Source: Minisyncoccota bacterium
GTDB taxonomy: Bacteria; Patescibacteriota; Minisyncoccia; Phycocordibacterales; Phycocordibacteraceae
Direction of reading: 5' to 3'
Length of the DNA stretch: 64,000 nt
NCBI GenBank assembly: GCA_035548315.1
Contig: DASZTF010000044.1
Location: 95,484-159,483 of the forward strand
Below, piece after piece: positions 17,401 through 26,003 of the stretch (position 1 is the first letter of the stretch; every line of letters starts with the position of its first letter). The notes under the pieces were generated by a model, which was not told where the DNA came from, ran no database searches, and saw nothing but the letters and a program-made list of their open reading frames with translations. Position numbers and translations under genes: made by a program.

Positions 17401-18108
17401 ATGGATATCTCACTCGTCATACCCGCGTATAACGAGGAGGACTATATCGGCTCGTGCATCAAGTACGCGCAGAAATACGACGGGTTCAAGGAAATTGTGG
17501 TCGTCGATAATGCATCGACCGATCGTACCGCGGAGGTCGCCGCGCGCTACCCGGGCGTGCGCGTGGTGCGCGAAGACCGAAAGGGGACAGGGTACGCGCG
17601 TGACTCAGGCTACCGCGCGACGACTGCGGACATCGTGGCATTCGTCGATGCCGACACGCACATCCGCCCGCACTGGCGCGACCGCATCGTGCGCGCATTC
17701 GAGCGCGACCCACGGCTCGTGTGCCTTACGGGACCCTATTGGTTCTACGACCTGCCGAAGATTACTGCCGTCCTACTCTGGCTCAACTGGCGGCTCACCC
17801 TCATCGGCAATCTCTTCACGGGACCGCTCGGGGTTGGCGGGAATATGGCGCTGCGCCGCACGGCGCTCGACGCGATGGGCGGGTTCGATACCTCGATCAC
17901 CTTCTACGGCGACGACGTGGATGTCACGCGGCGCGCGGGACGCTTCGGGCGTGTGCGGTTTACGTTCCGCATCATCATCGATTCTTCGGGCCGTCGCTAT
18001 CGCAAGTTCGGCGTGCTGCGCACGCTTGCGCTCTATATACGGAATGGGTTCGTGAGCGCATTCCATGCGCGCCCGACGTATACGAAGGACTACGAAGAAG
18101 CGCGCTAG
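17401..18108 (+). CDS. family 2 glycosyltransferase
   Basis: LVIPAYNEE...VVVDNASTD...FVDADT (DxD) GT2 motifs. Confidence 0.75.
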   Translation: MDISLVIPAYNEEDYIGSCIKYAQKYDGFKEIVVVDNASTDRTAEVAARYPGVRVVREDRKGTGYARDSGYRATTADIVAFVDADTHIRPHWRDRIVRAFERDPRLVCLTGPYWFYDLPKITAVLLWLNWRLTLIGNLFTGPLGVGGNMALRRTALDAMGGFDTSITFYGDDVDVTRRAGRFGRVRFTFRIIIDSSGRRYRKFGVLRTLALYIRNGFVSAFHARPTYTKDYEEAR

Positions 18109-18109
18109 G

Positions 18110-18697
18110 CTACCATTCTTTGGCGGCGAGTTTCTTGAGCACGTGCTGCATCACGATCACGACCGCGACGAGCGCGATGACAACGAAGGCGAGCCGAAGC
18201 GACGGAGGCAGGAAGTCGCTTACATTGCCGAAGTAGAACCCAATCGCGATGGGGATAAGCGCCCACAGGAGTTCTCCCGAGACATTGAGTACCATATACC
18301 GCCAGAAGGGCACACGCATCATACCCGCGACCGCGAGCACGCCGATTGCTACGCCGAGCCCCATGGTGAGTTTTGAAATGATGAGGATCCACTCGTGGTA
18401 GCGCAAGAAGCGGGCTTCGAGTCGGTCGATCAAATCTCCGGTAATGCCAAAGTAATGCCCGTAGCGCAAGAGGAAGGGGCGCGCCCCGCGGCGCCCGGCC
18501 CAGTACCAGCCCACATCGCCCACGAGGTCCGCCGCCACGATGGTGCCGTACGCCGGCCAGAAATCGAGCTGGTGGATATGGATGAGGTAGCCGGCACCGA
18601 TCATCACGATCGGGCTCCCGAGCAGGGTCGTGAAGAACAGCAGCCCGTAGCGGGATGCCTCGACGAACCCCACGAGCGTGGTAAAGAGGGTTTCCAT
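18110..18697 (-). CDS. DedA/SNARE-associated (VTT domain) membrane protein
   Basis: GYLIHIHQL...GDVGWYWAGRRGARPFLLRYGHYFGI matches the DedA core. Confidence 0.7.
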   Translation of the reverse strand: METLFTTLVGFVEASRYGLLFFTTLLGSPIVMIGAGYLIHIHQLDFWPAYGTIVAADLVGDVGWYWAGRRGARPFLLRYGHYFGITGDLIDRLEARFLRYHEWILIISKLTMGLGVAIGVLAVAGMMRVPFWRYMVLNVSGELLWALIPIAIGFYFGNVSDFLPPSLRLAFVVIALVAVVIVMQHVLKKLAAKEW

Positions 18698-18726
18698 GAC
18701 GATCGTTCCAGTATAATACCTGATAT

Positions 18727-19569
18727 ATGCTTACTTTCTTTCAGGCCGTAGTACTCGGTGCGCTGCAGGGATTTACCGAACTGTTCCCGATTTCAAGCCT
18801 CGGGCACACGGTGATACTGCCGTCGCTGCTCGGCTGGAACGTCGATCAGGCCGATCCGTTCTTCGTCTCGTTCCTCGTGCTGACCCACCTCGCTACGGCG
18901 ACGGTGCTCTTCCTGTTCTTCTTGCCAGACTGGGTGCGGATTATCAAAGGATTTTTCACTACCTTCGACACAAAGCAGATCGCGGCTAATACCTATGCGC
19001 GTTTTGCCTGGCTCATCGTCGTCGCGACGATTCCGGGCGGCCTGCTTGGGCTTTTGTTCCAGAAGAAGCTCGAGGCGCTTTTTGCCACTCCGTCTATCGC
19101 TGCGGTATTCCTCATCAGTAACGGACTCATGCTCTTTTTCGCAGAGTATCTCGTGCGGCGGCGCAAGACGGGTGGGTCTGCGGAAGATGCGCGTATCGCG
19201 CGTATGCCGTGGCGTTCCGCGTTCGGCATCGGTCTCATGCAGGCGCTCGCGCTCCTGCCGGGGTTCTCGCGTACGGGCGCTGCGCTCTCGGGTGGTCTCA
19301 TCGCGGGGCTCAATCATTCGGATGCCGCGCGCTTCGCCTTCCTCCTTGCGACTCCCATCATCCTCGCCGCAGCCATACTCAAGGTGCCCCATCTCGTGAT
19401 CGGTGGCGGCATGCCGCTCATCGTCGCGCTCGCAGGCGCCCTTTCAGCGGCGGTTTTCGCCTATTTCTCAGTGAAGTTCCTCACGCGCTACTTCACGACT
19501 AAATCGCTTACGCCGTTTGCGGTGTACTGTGTGTTCGCGGGTGTCGTCGCGCTCGCACTGATCGCTTAG
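18727..19569 (+). CDS. uppP: undecaprenyl-diphosphatase
   Basis: GALQGFTELFPISSLGHTVI and GFSRTGAALSGGL, the BacA/UppP signature motifs. Eight TM helices. Confidence 0.85.
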   Translation: MLTFFQAVVLGALQGFTELFPISSLGHTVILPSLLGWNVDQADPFFVSFLVLTHLATATVLFLFFLPDWVRIIKGFFTTFDTKQIAANTYARFAWLIVVATIPGGLLGLLFQKKLEALFATPSIAAVFLISNGLMLFFAEYLVRRRKTGGSAEDARIARMPWRSAFGIGLMQALALLPGFSRTGAALSGGLIAGLNHSDAARFAFLLATPIILAAAILKVPHLVIGGGMPLIVALAGALSAAVFAYFSVKFLTRYFTTKSLTPFAVYCVFAGVVALALIA

Positions 19570-20072
19570 CTGTTCTCGGCTTCGTGCTGGATAGAGGCGA
19601 GGTCTATTTTCTGCTCCATCTCGCGGAGCGCTTCGTCTTTGCGGATGCGCACGCCGAGGTGGCCGTGCAGTCTCTCGATAAGTTCGATGATCTTAGTGAT
19701 CTCTTCTTCGGCGCGTACGTTGATCTCGAAGTCCATTTTCTGGCGCACGTCTGCGATGCGCCCGGCCCGATTCTGGCTCATGAGCACGATGATGGCGAGG
19801 AAGATGGCTTCGAGCGAAACCACCATCGTGAGGAAGTTATAGGGGTAGGGGTCAAAGGTCGGGCCGAACGCACCTGAATTGAGGACGAACCACAGCACGA
19901 ATACGACGAGGTTCAGCAAGAAGAACCAGGTCGTGCCGAAGAGTTCCGTGAGGAAGTCGGCCACGCGGTCGGTCCAGCGGGTAGAGAATTCGATGCGGGA
20001 TTTGAGCCCTGCGGAGAGGTGTTCGGTGGTGAGGGGGCCTTTGTGGTCGCGGACGCGCGGGTGGTCTTTCAT
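19566..20072 (-). CDS. DUF1003-family membrane protein
   Basis: Two TM helices followed by a coiled-coil tail, the DUF1003 pattern (NFLTMVVSLEAIFLAIIVLMSQNR). Confidence 0.55.
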   Translation of the reverse strand: MKDHPRVRDHKGPLTTEHLSAGLKSRIEFSTRWTDRVADFLTELFGTTWFFLLNLVVFVLWFVLNSGAFGPTFDPYPYNFLTMVVSLEAIFLAIIVLMSQNRAGRIADVRQKMDFEINVRAEEEITKIIELIERLHGHLGVRIRKDEALREMEQKIDLASIQHEAENS

Positions 20073-20110
20073 GCGTCCACTATAGCGTAGCGCCGGGGTA
20101 GGGAACGAGG

Positions 20111-20785
20111 TTATACCCGCAGGCGGTAGCCGATCCCGCGCACCGTCTCGATGATGCTATCCGTCTCTCCCTGGTCGAGTTTGCGGCGGAGGTTCTTCAT
20201 GTGGACGTCGATTACATTGCTGAACGATTCGTAGTTGAAGTCCCAGAGGTGGGTGAGCAGGTCCTCGCGATTTATCACTTCGTTCGGGTGGCGCATAAAG
20301 TACTCGAGCAGCATAAACTCCTTGAGGGTAAGCTCGATTGGTTTGTGTGCGCGCTTCACGGTGTGCGCCGCCGGGTCAAGCTCGATGTCGGATACTTTGA
20401 GCACGGAAGGCTTTGATTCCTGGGGGCGGCGAGAGAGGGCGTGGATGCGTGCGATGAGCTCTTCAAATGAGAAGGGCTTCACGAGGTAGTCATCGGCACC
20501 CGAGAGAAGGAGCTCCACTTTCATCTCGACTTTATTCTCGCCAGTCAGGATGAGAATCGGGGTCGTGACCTCTCGCGCACGCGCTTCGCGCGTGACTTCT
20601 ACCCCCGACATGCTGGGGAGCATGAGGTCGAGGATCACGAGGTCATAATCGCTCCGGTGGAGCGAGATACGATTGAGCGCCTGCTCGCCGTCATCGATCA
20701 CGTCTACCGCAAAGCCCTTCTTCGTAAGGCCATCCTTAAGAGTCTCGGCAAGCTTTGGTTCGTCTTCCACTACGAGGATACGCAT
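20111..20785 (-). CDS. OmpR-family response regulator (REC + winged helix)
   Basis: MRILVVEDE...DLVILDLMLP receiver domain. C-terminal trans_reg_C (ETVRGIGYRL). Confidence 0.85.
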   Translation of the reverse strand: MRILVVEDEPKLAETLKDGLTKKGFAVDVIDDGEQALNRISLHRSDYDLVILDLMLPSMSGVEVTREARAREVTTPILILTGENKVEMKVELLLSGADDYLVKPFSFEELIARIHALSRRPQESKPSVLKVSDIELDPAAHTVKRAHKPIELTLKEFMLLEYFMRHPNEVINREDLLTHLWDFNYESFSNVIDVHMKNLRRKLDQGETDSIIETVRGIGYRLRV

Positions 20786-20841
20786 ACGGTGTTCAAATAC
20801 TACGTGCTAATGGCCCCATCATGAAGCATGGCCCATGAGGC

Positions 20842-20863
20842 CTTCATGAAGAACTTCATGAAG
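20842..20863. promoter_or_regulatory. two tandem perfect 10-bp palindromes CTTCATGAAG (12-bp period) in the OmpR-regulator promoter
   Basis: cttcatgaag-aa-cttcatgaag at 60-80 bp upstream of the 20785 start. A related half-site ccatcatgaagcatgg lies at 20816-31. Confidence 0.5.
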
Positions 20864-20867
20864 CCGC

Positions 20868-21251
20868 TTATGTCTCGGCCATTTGACGGGTCGTGAGGAC
20901 TGTTTCTATATCACGAAGCCCCACGGGCTTCGTGAGGTGGTGATCGAAACCGGCCTCGCGGGCGCGTTCCCGGTCTTCGTACTGGCCGTAGCCCGTGAGC
21001 GCGATAATAAGAGGGTGATAGGAGAGCTCGCTGCGGAGTTTACTTGCCACCTCATAACCATTGATGTCGGGGAGACCGATATCGAGAATGATTACTTCTG
21101 GATTGAAGTCTCGGGCGAGGTTTTCCACACCCTCTCCTTGGTGGGCGAGTTTGAGGGTATGGCCACGGAACTCAAGGAGCTGTGCGAGTCCCGCAGCGGC
21201 GGCTTCGTTGTCGTCGACGATGAGAATACGGTAGGTGGGTTGCATGGGCAA
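20868..21251 (-). CDS. single-domain CheY-like response regulator
   Basis: ILIVDDNEAAA...VIILDIGLPDINGYEV...HLTKP, a receiver domain only. Confidence 0.8.
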   Translation of the reverse strand: MPMQPTYRILIVDDNEAAAAGLAQLLEFRGHTLKLAHQGEGVENLARDFNPEVIILDIGLPDINGYEVASKLRSELSYHPLIIALTGYGQYEDRERAREAGFDHHLTKPVGLRDIETVLTTRQMAET

Positions 21252-21306
21252 TAGAAGTTAGGTAGACGGCTCAACACATGCCATTGTACGGACCATGCGT
21301 AAACAT

Positions 21307-21353
21307 TCGATGAACTTCATCGTGCGCCATTTTCCATGAAGGAACGATGAAGG
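21307..21353. promoter_or_regulatory. ATGAAG-type repeats (CGATGAAcTTCATCG palindrome + CCATGAAGG-n2-CGATGAAGG direct repeat) upstream of the CheY-like gene
   Basis: Same ATGAAG core as at 20842-63. Spacing of 11-12 bp is typical of OmpR-family tandem sites. Confidence 0.45.
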
Positions 21354-21356
21354 TAC

Positions 21357-22226
21357 TTAATTGGGGAAATCTACCAAGTACGTATTGATATCTCGCTGGT
21401 CCATGTCGTAGAAGTATTCGTCGTCGTTGTGCAGCTGAATGGCGAGGGTTTTGCCTACAAAGCGCCAGTGCCATGGCTCAAAGACGTAGAACGAATTCCC
21501 CGGCGGGTACGAAAGGATGAATCCGTAGCGGTAGGCATTTTTGGTGAGCCAGGTGTAGGCATCGGTTTTATCAAAGCCGTCGAGAGTACCATTGAGGCTC
21601 TCGGTCGTGAAATCGATTGCCGTACCGAGCTGGTGCTCGGAGTAGCCCTGGTCTGCGGAGAATGCGTTCGCGCCCGAGCCGTAGGTGACCTTGTACTCTG
21701 ATTTGAGCGAGGCCTGATCGCTGAATGAGCGGTACGCGGAGAGCACTTCGAGGTCGACATGGTCGCGCTTTGCGGCGTCCATGAGCTGCTCGAGACGGGG
21801 CAGTGCGCTTGTGAGGAATTGGTAGTCCTTGTCATCGGGGTAGGTGTAGCGAGACGGGATATCCTCGAGAGACGCTGGGACGTAGTTCTCATTCAGGAAG
21901 TAGACCTTCGAATACTTGGCGAGGAGCTGCGGGTCGGTGCTCGCCAGTTTGTTGAGCGTCCCCACCTGGCTTGTGAGTTTGCTGATCTGATTCTGGAAGT
22001 CAGCATTCCGTGCCTGCTCGGCGGAGAGCGCATCAGAGAGCTGCTGGTTGGTCGAGGAGGCATCCGCGAGCTGGCTCTCGAGCGTGGCTACCTGGGCGTC
22101 GTACGCAGTGACCTGGGTGGTGTATTGCGTGTACCCCCAATAACCACCCCCGCCTGCGGCTATAAGGAGCACAAGGATGATCGCAAGGGCAAAGGGTGAG
22201 AGCGGGGCGGGGTGCTGATGGTCCAT
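21357..22226 (-). CDS. membrane-anchored D-Ala-D-Ala carboxypeptidase-like M15B (VanY) peptidase with coiled-coil linker
   Basis: N-terminal TM helix and a coiled coil. C-terminal SEHQLGTAIDF...EPWHWRFVG matches the VanY/M15 zinc-binding motifs. Confidence 0.7.
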   Translation of the reverse strand: MDHQHPAPLSPFALAIILVLLIAAGGGGYWGYTQYTTQVTAYDAQVATLESQLADASSTNQQLSDALSAEQARNADFQNQISKLTSQVGTLNKLASTDPQLLAKYSKVYFLNENYVPASLEDIPSRYTYPDDKDYQFLTSALPRLEQLMDAAKRDHVDLEVLSAYRSFSDQASLKSEYKVTYGSGANAFSADQGYSEHQLGTAIDFTTESLNGTLDGFDKTDAYTWLTKNAYRYGFILSYPPGNSFYVFEPWHWRFVGKTLAIQLHNDDEYFYDMDQRDINTYLVDFPN

Positions 22227-22281
22227 ATAGAGCCATGATGCGCGGGTCCGGGGGAAATGGCAAATGCGCTACACTGGGAGC

Positions 22282-22908
22282 ATGTACGGGCTCACGAAGG
22301 GGGAGGAGGCGCGGCTGCGAAAGCTCACGACGCCCGCCATGATCCAAGATTTCCTCGACGCCATCCCCATGAATCACGAGAAGCAGGGCGAGACCCATCG
22401 CTCGGTGCACGCAGCGCTTACGGCGGACAAAGCGCACTGCATCGAGGGCGCGCTCATCGCCGCTGCAGCGCTGATGCTCCAGGGCGAGAAGCCGCTCCTC
22501 ATGGACCTCACGGCGCACCGGCCGGACGACGACCATGTGGTCGCGCTCTATAAGAAGAACGGCTACTGGGGCGCGATTTCCAAGACCAATCATCCCACCA
22601 TCCGCTTCCGCGATCCGGTTTATAGGACGCTGCGCGAGCTTGCGCTCTCATATTTCCACGAGTGGTTCATGAACGGGGACGGGAAGAAGACGCTCAAGAG
22701 TTTCTCGAAGCCTCTCAATCTTAGGAAGTTCGGTACCGATTGGATCACGAGCGAAAAAGATCTGTGGTATTTGGATAAAGTACTGAATCAGCTCCCGCAC
22801 TATGCGCTCGTGCCAAAGGGGAACGCAAAATACATCCGAACTGCAGACAAAATGGAGCTCGCTGCAGGCAGGATCATCGAGTGGCCAGAATCAGATACGC
22901 GCACGTAA
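22282..22908 (+). CDS. transglutaminase-like (PF13471/lasso-peptide-B2-like) putative cysteine protease
   Basis: HCIEGALIAAAALMLQGEKPLLMDL...HVVALYKKNGYWGAI fits the Cys...His...Asp transglutaminase core. Leaderless (TACACT 4-5 nt before the ATG). Confidence 0.4.
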   Translation: MYGLTKGEEARLRKLTTPAMIQDFLDAIPMNHEKQGETHRSVHAALTADKAHCIEGALIAAAALMLQGEKPLLMDLTAHRPDDDHVVALYKKNGYWGAISKTNHPTIRFRDPVYRTLRELALSYFHEWFMNGDGKKTLKSFSKPLNLRKFGTDWITSEKDLWYLDKVLNQLPHYALVPKGNAKYIRTADKMELAAGRIIEWPESDTRT

Positions 22909-25900
22909 CTAGTCGATTTCAGCAGACTCGCGCGGGGAGCGGTAGAAGAGCACCGGGACGAGCACAAGGGTGAGGATGATCGCGAAGGAAAGCCCGAACA
23001 TGATCGAGAACGCGAGCGGGCCCCAAGTCGGATCGGAAAGGGCGAGCGGTACCATACCGATCACGGTGGTGATGGTGGTGAGAGCGATGGGGCGCAGCCG
23101 AGTGGCCGAGGATTCCACCACGGCGTCGATAAGGGGCTCGTCCGGATGTGCGCGGACGCGGTGGAGCATTGAGTCCATGAGAATGATGGCGTGGTTGATA
23201 ATCACGCCACCAAGCGCGATCACGCCAAGTAGCGAAGTGAATGAAATCGGTTGGCCCGTGAGCGCAAGGCCGTCGAGCACGCCGATAAGTGAGAGCGGCA
23301 CGATCACGAGCAGGTGGAGCGTGTGACGGATGGAGTTGAAGGAGATGATGAGGATCATAAACATGAGCACGAGCCCCGCGATGAGCGCGAAGAACATCTG
23401 GGTGAACGACTGGTTCACGTCCTCGGTCTCCCCGCCGTAGGAGACGGTGATGCCAGCAGGGAGGTTGAGCTCACCCACACGCTTCTCGAATTCTGCGACA
23501 ACGCCATTGGTGGTGGCACTGCTGCTCGGGTATGCGCTCACGGTCTCGATGCGCATCTTGTCTTTGTGGTTGATCGCAGCGTTGCTCTGGCCAAGCGAGG
23601 GCTCGAGCACCGAACCGAGTAGTACCGGGCCCTTGCTGCCGGTCACGGTGAGATTCTCGATCGATTCGATAGTGGTCTGGTTCGTGGTGTCGGGGGTGGT
23701 GTACGCCGGGTTGAGATTCACTTTCACCACGACGTCGATGTCCTGGTCGGGCTGGGTGATGCTCGTGGCTTTTGCGCCCTGGATAGCCGTGCGGAGCGTG
23801 GACGCAATTTGCACGGGCGAGACACCGAGCGCTGCGGCTTTGCCGCGGTTTACCGTGAGGTCAAACTCGTTGCCGTTACTCTCGGTGCTCGACTGGATGT
23901 TGGTCGCGCCCGCGATGGTGGAGAGCAACTGGCGACCCTTATCCGCTGCGGTCACGAGTGCATCGAGGTCATTACCTTCAAACTGGATCTGGATAGGCGC
24001 CCCGGAGGACGGCCCGTTGTCAGCCTGGAGCACCTCTACGCGCGCATCGTGGACGACCGCCAGTTTCTGCTGGAGCTCGCTCACGACTTGGCCACTGGTT
24101 TTCTTGTGGCCCTTAGGGAGGTTCACGGTGATGTTCGCTTGATTGGCGCCGGAAGAACCCTGGCCCGTGAGATTGCTGCTCGCGCCCACGGTGGTCTGGA
24201 ATGAAGAGATATCGGGATCGGTGTAGAGGATCTCCTCGACTTCGCGGGTAGCGAGGTCGGTCTCGGCAAGCGTGGTGCCCTGTGGCTTCTCGATGTTGAG
24301 GTAGACGAAGTCCATGTCTGCGGCAGGGAAGAACACGGTCTGCACGAGCCCGGTGAATGGCAGGATGAGCGACGTCACGAACCCGAGCCCGAGCGCCCAC
24401 AGGAAGATGCGCTGCGCGCGGCGGTTCTCGAGCACGCGGCGGAGTCGGTGCTTGTACCATTCGGTCGCGCGGTGGGTGTACTCTTCCTGTGCGCGTTCAA
24501 GGCGATTGGGTTCGAGCTTGGTAAAGAGCACCGCAATGAGCGGTACGATGCCGAGCGCGACAAAAATAGACGCGAGAAGGACGAAGATAAGCGTATACGG
24601 AATCCCCGCGATGAATTTACCCACGATACCCGAGATAAAGAAGAGCGGTGCGAACACCGCGACCGTGGCCATGGTGCCGGCGATGAGCGGCCACGCGTAG
24701 TCGTGGAGTGCTGCTTTTGCGGCCTGCATTTTCCCGCCGTAGATGCGCATGCGCGCGTGGATGGCTTCGGTGACCACGATGCCGGAGTCGACCAAGATGC
24801 CGACCGCGAGGATGAGCGCAAACAGGCTGATGAAGTTGAGCGTATTGCCCGTGAAGTAGAGTCCGATGAATGCGATGAGGAAGGAGAGCGGGATAGCGAG
24901 CGCGGCGACGAGCGACTCGCGCCACCCGATAGTGAGGAGGAGCGCGATGATCACGAGCGCGACGGTTTCAAGACCGGTCTCCGAGAGGCTGCCGAGTTGC
25001 TGATTGATCTGCACGCTCTGGTCGGTCGCCGGCGAGACGAAGACGTCCATGCCCTTGAGCGTGGTCGCTTGGAGATCAGCGAGTTTCTTATCTGCCGCTG
25101 CCGCGACGCCCTGGATGCTCGCGCCCGATTGACGGTAGACCAAGAGGGTAATCGCGTTATCGCTCGGCTTGCCGTTAAGCGAGAGACGGGAGTAGGTGCT
25201 CGCCGGCGCAAGGCCGTCTGAAATGGTCGCGATATCGGACAGGTACACGGGCGTCTCGCCACGCGTACCCACCACGATCCCGGGGATCTGCGAGGGATCG
25301 TCGATACCGCCTTTGAAATTGATGTCGTAGTTCACGCCGTCGAGCGAAATGCTGCCGGCAGGGAGCGCGGTGTTCGCGCTCTGCACTGCCTGCACCACCG
25401 TGGAGAGATCGAGCCCGTACTGCTCGAGCGCGGACGCGCGGACGATCACGTCCACTTCGCGTGCGGGCACGCCGGCGACGGTCACCTCGGACACGCCGTT
25501 GATTGTCTTGAGTTCGTCCGAGACTTCTTTTCCGAGTGCGGAGAATTCCGTGGGGGGAAGGCTGCCGGAGATCGACGCGACGAGGATGGGCTGATCATTG
25601 AAACTGACCTTCGAGACGATGGGTACCTGCGCTTCGGTGGGGAGCTCGGGCTGCGCGCGCGAGACGGCGTCGCGCAGGTCCTGGAGTGCCTGTACGGAAT
25701 CAGCGTTCGCATCGAACTGCACGATCACTGTCGAGACACCGCTCGACGAATTGGATGTCATCGTGTCGATGTGGCTCACACCCGAGACCTGGTTCTCGAC
25801 CTTATCGGTGACGAGCGTCTCGATGTCTTCTGCAGAAGCGCCCGGCAGGATGGTGGTCACCACCGCGTAGGGGATATCAATCGACGGCGTGTTCTCTTTG

Positions 25901-26001
25901 GGGATCGCAAAGAGCACGAAGAGGCCGGCGAGAACGAGCGTGGTGATGAGGACGTAGCTGAACTGCCGGCGCTCGAGGAAGAAGTTCCAGAGAGGCAGCA
26001 T
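22909..26001 (-). CDS. RND efflux transporter (AcrB/HAE1-like), 12 TM
   Basis: 1030 aa with the AcrB domain order: two large periplasmic loops and two 6-TM bundles. Confidence 0.9.
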   Translation of the reverse strand: MLPLWNFFLERRQFSYVLITTLVLAGLFVLFAIPKENTPSIDIPYAVVTTILPGASAEDIETLVTDKVENQVSGVSHIDTMTSNSSSGVSTVIVQFDANADSVQALQDLRDAVSRAQPELPTEAQVPIVSKVSFNDQPILVASISGSLPPTEFSALGKEVSDELKTINGVSEVTVAGVPAREVDVIVRASALEQYGLDLSTVVQAVQSANTALPAGSISLDGVNYDINFKGGIDDPSQIPGIVVGTRGETPVYLSDIATISDGLAPASTYSRLSLNGKPSDNAITLLVYRQSGASIQGVAAAADKKLADLQATTLKGMDVFVSPATDQSVQINQQLGSLSETGLETVALVIIALLLTIGWRESLVAALAIPLSFLIAFIGLYFTGNTLNFISLFALILAVGILVDSGIVVTEAIHARMRIYGGKMQAAKAALHDYAWPLIAGTMATVAVFAPLFFISGIVGKFIAGIPYTLIFVLLASIFVALGIVPLIAVLFTKLEPNRLERAQEEYTHRATEWYKHRLRRVLENRRAQRIFLWALGLGFVTSLILPFTGLVQTVFFPAADMDFVYLNIEKPQGTTLAETDLATREVEEILYTDPDISSFQTTVGASSNLTGQGSSGANQANITVNLPKGHKKTSGQVVSELQQKLAVVHDARVEVLQADNGPSSGAPIQIQFEGNDLDALVTAADKGRQLLSTIAGATNIQSSTESNGNEFDLTVNRGKAAALGVSPVQIASTLRTAIQGAKATSITQPDQDIDVVVKVNLNPAYTTPDTTNQTTIESIENLTVTGSKGPVLLGSVLEPSLGQSNAAINHKDKMRIETVSAYPSSSATTNGVVAEFEKRVGELNLPAGITVSYGGETEDVNQSFTQMFFALIAGLVLMFMILIISFNSIRHTLHLLVIVPLSLIGVLDGLALTGQPISFTSLLGVIALGGVIINHAIILMDSMLHRVRAHPDEPLIDAVVESSATRLRPIALTTITTVIGMVPLALSDPTWGPLAFSIMFGLSFAIILTLVLVPVLFYRSPRESAEID

Positions 26002-26003
26002 GG

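Noticed and set aside
21271-21474. 67-aa ORF between the CheY-like and VanY genes.
   Set aside because: It overlaps the promoter/operator region and the VanY 3' end. It has no ribosome-binding site and nonsense-like composition.
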